A DNA stretch of 64,000 bases from Candidatus Nanopelagicales bacterium (GTDB taxonomy: Bacteria; Actinomycetota; Actinomycetes; S36-B12; GCA-2699445), in contig JAUYJT010000030.1 of the NCBI GenBank assembly GCA_030700225.1, positions 453 through 64,452 on the forward strand, given 5' to 3'. The notes beneath the pieces were generated by a model. The model did not search any database. It saw only the letters and a program-made list of their open reading frames with translations, and was not told where the DNA came from. Each line of letters begins with the position of its first letter. The first letter of the stretch is position 1. The position numbers and the translations under genes were made by a program. Below, piece by piece: positions 58,613 to 64,000 of the stretch.

Positions 58613-59374
58613 TCAGGATCGACTGCCATGGATGGAATCCCGGGAATCCTGGTCATCGTCTCGGCAAAGGACGGCATCGAACTGCAGCATCACCCCTGTC
58701 GAGCTGTCACAGAACCCGGGTTCGAGGCCGCGCAACCGATAACCTTCGGCCTCCAACCACTCAATAGCCTCCTGCCAATCCCACGCCCCCGCGTATAGCG
58801 GCTCCACTGAGAGCTCTAGCTGAACTGCGACGATTCGGTTCAGCAGCCTTCCGCAACCCGCAAGAACCTGGCGCTCATATCCTTGGACGTCAATCTTCAA
58901 CACTGGCCTGTTGAGGACAAGTTCTCCTGCCGCGACGATCGAATCGAGCCTTCGAACCCTAACGCTCTCCCGTTTGACAACTTTCGCGTCGGGAGCCGCC
59001 TCCACATGGCGGTCCAGCATGTCCACCAGCGAACTGCTCGCGCCCGCGTTCGCCGTGACGTTCAGGTCGGCCGAGCCGTCAAAATCTCCGAGCGCCTCGC
59101 CGCGCACATTCCACTTCTCATCTGTCTCTGCCGAGAGCACGAGATCGCGGCGCGCGGCCTCCCCGGGTTCGAACGACACGATGTCGCCTCCGTACCCGAA
59201 ACTCCTCAGAGTCCGGGCGAATCCACCGTTGTTGGCACCGATGTCGAGCACCATGCCCGGACGGGCCGAGAGCAGCGCGCGGAACAGCACATTGCCTTGC
59301 GTGTCCTGCGGGAACCTGCCTACCTCGAGCCCAACCTTCCGCAAGCGACTCCTCAATCTGGACTTGACTGACAC
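58613..59374 (-). CDS. FkbM family methyltransferase
   Basis: VLDIGANNG.F, SFEP, LKIDVQGYE..VL.G and QFDA. Confidence 0.9.
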   Translation of the reverse strand: MSVKSRLRSRLRKVGLEVGRFPQDTQGNVLFRALLSARPGMVLDIGANNGGFARTLRSFGYGGDIVSFEPGEAARRDLVLSAETDEKWNVRGEALGDFDGSADLNVTANAGASSSLVDMLDRHVEAAPDAKVVKRESVRVRRLDSIVAAGELVLNRPVLKIDVQGYERQVLAGCGRLLNRIVAVQLELSVEPLYAGAWDWQEAIEWLEAEGYRLRGLEPGFCDSSTGVMLQFDAVLCRDDDQDSRDSIHGSRS

Positions 59375-59560
59375 GGCTCACCTTGATCGCACTCTGGGGG
59401 GACGACTACACCCAGGGACCGTATCACCCAGACAACGGGCTCTCGGAGTTCAGGCGGCTCGGAAACAGCCTCCGACACAGCGGACCGTTCGGGACCAATT
59501 AGAGTGGGGCGACGAACCCCCCGGGGCTTGTCCAGCACACAGTGGGGAAACCAAGCCGAA

Positions 59561-60700
59561 GTGATTCCTTACGGACGTCAGTCAGTAGACGAAGAAGACG
59601 TTGCGGCTGTCTCGTCAGTCCTGCGCAGCGCCTGGCTGACGACTGGACCCGCAGTCGAGGAGTTCGAATCCGAGCTCGCACGGCAAGTCGGCGCCGCGCA
59701 ATGTGTATCCGTGACATCAGGCACGGCGGCGCTCCACTGCGCGTACACCGCAGGAGCCATCGGTCCGGGCGATGAGGTAATCACGCCACCCCTAACGTTT
59801 GTTGCCACGCAGGCCGCAGCAGCTGCGCTCGGCGCCAAGATCAAGTTCGCAGACGTTGAGCCTGATACCGGAAACATCGACCCAGCAGCCGCCGCCGCAC
59901 TCGTTACTCCGCAGACCCGAGCGATCGTTGCAGTCGACTACGCCGGCCATCCGGCGGAGCTCGATGACCTGCGGTCCATCGCCCGCGAGCATGGAATCCT
60001 TCTCATAGAGGACGCAGCACATTCGATCGGATCCTGCTATCGCGGTCGGCCCGTCGGGTCGATCGCGGACCTCACGACGTTCTCGTTCTTCCCGACCAAG
60101 AACATCACAACGGGGGAGGGAGGTGCGGTCGCTACGGCTGATCCGACGCTCGCCCAGCGAGCGAGGTTGTTCCGGAATCACGGCCTGGTGCGGGACTCCA
60201 AGGCTCAGCGCTACCCAGACGAAGGACCATGGCATCAGGAGGTGCATGATTTCGGCCTCAACTACCGGCTGCCGGACATTCTCGCGGCCCTGGGCCTGAG
60301 CCAACTGGACCGCATGGCCGAGTTCAAGAGGCGCCGCGCGGAGATCTTCGGGCTCTACGCGGCGCTGCTCGGCGGCATTGACGACCTAGCTCTCCCGACG
60401 GTTCGGGACCATGTCGACCCAATGTGGCATCTCTTTCCGCTCAGAGTCCCGGCCAGCGAGCGCGCCCGAATCTTCCAAAGTCTGCGTAAGCGTGGCATCG
60501 GCGTGCAAGTGAACTACATGCCTGCGTACTGGCATCCGGTATTCGAGGATCTCGGCTACAAACGTGGGACGTGCCCCAACGCTGAGGCGTACTACCGGGA
60601 GGAGATCTCGCTCCCAATGTTCCCGGGTCTTCGTGATGACGAAGTGCACCGGGTGGCCGACGCTGTCGTCAGCAGCCTAGGAAGACCGGGCGCGTCATGA
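59561..60700 (+). CDS. pseC: UDP-4-amino-4,6-dideoxy-N-acetyl-beta-L-altrosamine transaminase
   Basis: IPYGRQS..EED, LTTGP, DAAHS.G, FSFFPTKNITTGEGG, G.NYRLPD, GVQV.Y.P and ISLPMFP. Confidence 0.85.
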   Translation: MIPYGRQSVDEEDVAAVSSVLRSAWLTTGPAVEEFESELARQVGAAQCVSVTSGTAALHCAYTAGAIGPGDEVITPPLTFVATQAAAAALGAKIKFADVEPDTGNIDPAAAAALVTPQTRAIVAVDYAGHPAELDDLRSIAREHGILLIEDAAHSIGSCYRGRPVGSIADLTTFSFFPTKNITTGEGGAVATADPTLAQRARLFRNHGLVRDSKAQRYPDEGPWHQEVHDFGLNYRLPDILAALGLSQLDRMAEFKRRRAEIFGLYAALLGGIDDLALPTVRDHVDPMWHLFPLRVPASERARIFQSLRKRGIGVQVNYMPAYWHPVFEDLGYKRGTCPNAEAYYREEISLPMFPGLRDDEVHRVADAVVSSLGRPGAS

Positions 60701-61479
60701 GCAAGCCTAGGCAGCGCATCGCGGTCTTCGCAAACAACCGGCTCGGTTTGCGCGTGGTCCGTCATCTCGCCGCTGACCCAGGCACCGAGATCCGCTTGTT
60801 GGTGCTCAATAGCAGACGCCGGGCGTTTGCCAGCGAGATTGCTGAAGCGGCAGGCGCGCATCATCCAGAGGTCTGGGCCGGAGACGAATTGGGCGATCCC
60901 GGCAAGACTGACCAACTCACAAGCATGGGCCTTGACTTCGGCGTTTCCGTATACTTCGGTCATCTGCTCTCGCGCGGCTCCATCCGTGCCTTCCAGAGGG
61001 GCGTCCTGAACCTTCATCCCGCGCTTCTCCCCTTCAACCGCGGTTCGCACCCCGCAGTGTGGGCGATATGGGACGGGACTCCGAATGGGGTGAGCATCCA
61101 CGTCATCGACGAGGGCATCGACACGGGACCAGTCGTAGCTCAGGTGCCCGTTCGCGTCCGCCCGACTGACACGGCTGGCTCGCTCTACCTAAGGAACGAA
61201 GATCGGCTCTTCGATCTGTTCGCCGAGACCTATCCCGCATGGTGCGAAGGCCGAGTGCGGAATGCGAGGGTTTCAGGAGCTGGCAGCTACCACCGGCTCG
61301 CGGATTTCGATCAAGTTGCTAGGGTCACGATGGATGAAGCCACAACCGTTGGGGACTTGATACGGCGGATGCGTGCCGCGACATTTGACGTCGGTGGCGG
61401 GCTGATAATCACTGGGGATCACGGGTGTCGGTATCGGGCCCGGATCTCTATCGCCGAGGAAGAGGATCCGGATGAGTGA
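60697..61479 (+). CDS. sugar N-formyltransferase (N10-formyl-THF dependent)
   Basis: NLHPALLPFNRG.HP, GVSIH.ID..IDTGP, and a short C-terminal domain like VioF/Rv3404c-type formyltransferases. ATGA overlap with pseC. Confidence 0.82.
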   Translation: MSKPRQRIAVFANNRLGLRVVRHLAADPGTEIRLLVLNSRRRAFASEIAEAAGAHHPEVWAGDELGDPGKTDQLTSMGLDFGVSVYFGHLLSRGSIRAFQRGVLNLHPALLPFNRGSHPAVWAIWDGTPNGVSIHVIDEGIDTGPVVAQVPVRVRPTDTAGSLYLRNEDRLFDLFAETYPAWCEGRVRNARVSGAGSYHRLADFDQVARVTMDEATTVGDLIRRMRAATFDVGGGLIITGDHGCRYRARISIAEEEDPDE

Positions 61480-62563
61480 AATAGGGCGTCGGCAAACCAC
61501 CGAAACCGAGGACCCGCCCCTCATCGTTGCCGAGATTTCTGCCAACCACAACGGAAGCAAGAAGTGCTTCCTGGACTTGATCAGGGCAGCCGCAGACAGC
61601 GGAGCTGATCTGGTCAAGTTCCAGACCTACACCGCCGACACGATGACTCTGCCCCTAGACACGCCCCGGTTCCGGATAAGTGATGACCATGGCCTCTGGG
61701 GTGGCATGCGCCTGTACGACCTCTACGAGGCAGCTCACACACCCTGGGAATGGCACGCGGAAGGATTCGAGTTGGCCCGAAGCCTCGGGATCGACGCCTT
61801 CAGTTCGCCATTTGACAAGACCGCGATCGACTTCCTCGAACAATTCGGCCCTTTCGCGTACAAGATCGCATCGATGGAGATCTCTGATCTGCCACTTATC
61901 TCCTACGCCGCCGGACTGGGTAAGCCAATCGTCATCTCCTCCGGAACGGCCCACACCTCCGAAGTCGCAAGGGCAGTCGAAGTTGCCAGATCGGCTGGCT
62001 CACGCGACATCACGCTGCTCCTGTGCACGAGCTCCTATCCAGCGTCACCAGAAGATGCGAATCTGGTCACGCTTGAGGCATGGCGCGAGGCGTTCGGCGT
62101 CAAGACGGGCCTTTCCGACCACACACTCGGACTCGGCACTTCAATTGCCGCAGTCGCCCTGGGCGCGCGCCTGATCGAGCGTCACGTCACAATCTCCAGA
62201 GCAGAGGGCGGCTTCGACAGTGCCTTCTCACTCGAGCCTCATGAACTGGCGCAGTTGGTATCCGAGTGCCGTGACGCCTGGCTGGCCCTCGGATCTGTGC
62301 GCACCGGGCCTACGAAGTCCGAGTCCGAGTCTCTGCGCCTACGGAGGTCGCTCAACGTCGCAGCCGACGTTAGGGCTGGAGATGCTGTGACCGACTCGGT
62401 TGTGCGCGCTGTTAGGCCTGGTGGAGGGCTCGGGCCTGGTTCCTTGGCCGACATCTTGGGTAGGCGTTTCGCCGTCGATGTTTCTGCGGGTACGCCGATG
62501 TCCTGGGATCTCCTATCCCCCAGGGACAGCGGCCCCGTGCCTCAGATGGACGCGGCTACCTGA
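61472..62563 (+). CDS. pseI: pseudaminic acid synthase (NeuB family)
   Basis: IVAEISANHNGS, VKFQTYT.DT, LY..A.TP.EWH, KIAS.E, C.SSYP, GLSDHTLG, IERH and C-terminal SAF domain. Confidence 0.92.
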   Translation: MSEIGRRQTTETEDPPLIVAEISANHNGSKKCFLDLIRAAADSGADLVKFQTYTADTMTLPLDTPRFRISDDHGLWGGMRLYDLYEAAHTPWEWHAEGFELARSLGIDAFSSPFDKTAIDFLEQFGPFAYKIASMEISDLPLISYAAGLGKPIVISSGTAHTSEVARAVEVARSAGSRDITLLLCTSSYPASPEDANLVTLEAWREAFGVKTGLSDHTLGLGTSIAAVALGARLIERHVTISRAEGGFDSAFSLEPHELAQLVSECRDAWLALGSVRTGPTKSESESLRLRRSLNVAADVRAGDAVTDSVVRAVRPGGGLGPGSLADILGRRFAVDVSAGTPMSWDLLSPRDSGPVPQMDAAT

Positions 62564-63705
62564 GCGCTGAAGGCGTCAGCAACTCGTTCACGCCCGGCAC
62601 CGTCAACGACCCCATACGCGGCGTTGGCCAGGCGATCTCGAAGCTTACCGTTCGAGATGAAGTGCGCAATGCGCTCCGCTAGTGGCCCGAGCTCCGGCTT
62701 GGATCCAGAGTAGTCACCAAGGCCGAAGACCACGCCCGCTGAAGCCAAGGCAGCGTAGGCACCGACCTGATTGTCTGCCAGGGCGAGAGAAGCAGCGGGC
62801 TTCCCGAGACAGCAGATCTCCCAAAGCGTCGTCCCCGCAGCGCTTATCACAGCGTCGGCGCTGGCCAGAAGTGCAGGGAAGTCGAGATCCGGCTCCACGC
62901 ATTCGACTCTCACTGAGCCTGTCTGGACGACGTGCCCAGAGATCTGATCGGATCCGGGAGAAACGACGAGCGCGTCGACGCCCATGTCGCATGCCATGAC
63001 GGCATCAACGACGTGCTTGGTAAGACCTGCGGCGTCGGTTCCACCCAGAGAGATCACGACGCGGGAGGCAGACTCGGCGCACGAAACGTTGGCAGGGCGC
63101 AGCGAGCGAACCGCGTCGGCAACGATCGCGAAGTCCGTGCCGGCCAGCACTTGAGCTAGGGGTTCGGGTACCTCCGGCCACGGCCATGACCGTGCCTCGG
63201 CGCCGAAATTCTGATCGACATACAGGGAGGCAGACTGGCCCCGCGCGGAACCGTCAACGAAAGCCAGAACCGGGACCCGACGAAGGATGGATGCTGAGAC
63301 ATCACTGGGCAGGCTGTACGAGTCGATCACGACCGCATCAAGCTCGGAGCTGCGCATCCATGCCAGGTGATCCGCAGCCGACACCAACCCCGCCACGACC
63401 CGGCAACTCAGCTGCCTGAGCCTGGATCGCGCAAGCGGCACGGCCTCAGCGCTACAGGCAAACTCAACATGCCAGCCCCGAGATATCAGCTCCTCCGCCA
63501 TGCTGGCGCTCCGAAAGGCGTGCCCGACACCGACGTGCGGTCCGACATCGCAGATGACGCCAGCTCTCCCGGCGAAGTGCCCAACCCGCGTGGTCAACCG
63601 GCCCTCCTGGCAACTCCGAGTCGGCCTCAACGCTACCCTGCCGCTCCTCTCGACCCGCGACACCCTGGTAATGCCGTTCCGTGATTGATTTGGCCCGCTG
63701 CTCAA
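62542..63705 (-). CDS. pseG: UDP-2,4-diacylamido-2,4,6-trideoxy-beta-L-altropyranose hydrolase
   Basis: D.G..VG.GH..R, VVIDSY, VDQN, SLGGTD, ISAAGTTLWE, ADNQ and VDG.G..RV. True start probably near 63597. Confidence 0.8.
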   Translation of the reverse strand: MSSGPNQSRNGITRVSRVERSGRVALRPTRSCQEGRLTTRVGHFAGRAGVICDVGPHVGVGHAFRSASMAEELISRGWHVEFACSAEAVPLARSRLRQLSCRVVAGLVSAADHLAWMRSSELDAVVIDSYSLPSDVSASILRRVPVLAFVDGSARGQSASLYVDQNFGAEARSWPWPEVPEPLAQVLAGTDFAIVADAVRSLRPANVSCAESASRVVISLGGTDAAGLTKHVVDAVMACDMGVDALVVSPGSDQISGHVVQTGSVRVECVEPDLDFPALLASADAVISAAGTTLWEICCLGKPAASLALADNQVGAYAALASAGVVFGLGDYSGSKPELGPLAERIAHFISNGKLRDRLANAAYGVVDGAGRERVADAFSAQVAASI

Positions 63706-63810
63706 GCTGCCTTCTGCCCGAGACGCACGAAACCATCACGTTCGACGCCGAGGGAGTATGCAGCGTCTGCTGCAACGCCGGGGTCAAGAACAGGGTCGAC
63801 TGGGACGCCC
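63681..63810 (+). pseudogene. 5' remnant of a third N-acetyl sugar amidotransferase
   Basis: GTG 63681 gives MIDLARCSSCLLPETHETITFDAEGVCSVCCNAGVKNRVDWDA, the CxxC..PE...I.FD..GVC..C...DW N-terminus. Homology is lost afterwards. Not in the ORF track. Confidence 0.6.
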
Positions 63811-64000
63811 CGCCTGGACACCATCGTGCACGTCTATGGGCGAGTGCTGGCGACCCTCTCCCAAGCCAGCCAATCCGGCGTCGTCGATTCGTACCTGTGC
63901 GGGCGCAAGCTGGAACCGCTCTTCCAGCTTCGGTAGTCCCCGGCTTCCGACCGGGGCTCCTCGAGGCTCGGGGGCTTCGGCGTGGCTGCCAGAGGCACGC

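Overview
High-GC, actinobacterial-looking window (GTG starts, leaderless TA genes) in four parts. (1) 1-3020: housekeeping-type genes (partial DUF2599-like CDS, D-cysteine desulfhydrase family, glycerate kinase, one hypothetical). (2) About 3128-9924: a decayed integrative island ending at tRNA-Gly(CCC). It holds a tyrosine integrase, an integrase remnant, an interrupted att copy, four type II toxin-antitoxin (TA) modules, a mini IS1634-like element and an Abi_2/AbiF HEPN gene preceded by a structured leader hairpin. (3) 9956-15754: a fadB/fadA beta-oxidation pair, then two VapC TA modules bracketed by two 111-bp palindromic repeats whose 24-bp core is precisely inverted between the copies. 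(4) 15943-64000: an approximately 48-kb mosaic surface-glycan cluster. It encodes a priming transferase, glycosyltransferases, an ABC flippase-like exporter, an O-antigen-ligase-like protein, GDP-fucose, UDP-xylose and UDP-sulfoquinovose synthesis, a dispersed pseudaminic acid pathway with an N-formyltransferase, two WbuX/PseA-type amidotransferases with HisH/HisF, six methyltransferases and several pseudogenised paralogues. Products come from motif recognition by eye, with no database searches. Start codons were often trimmed from the ORF track and are estimates.
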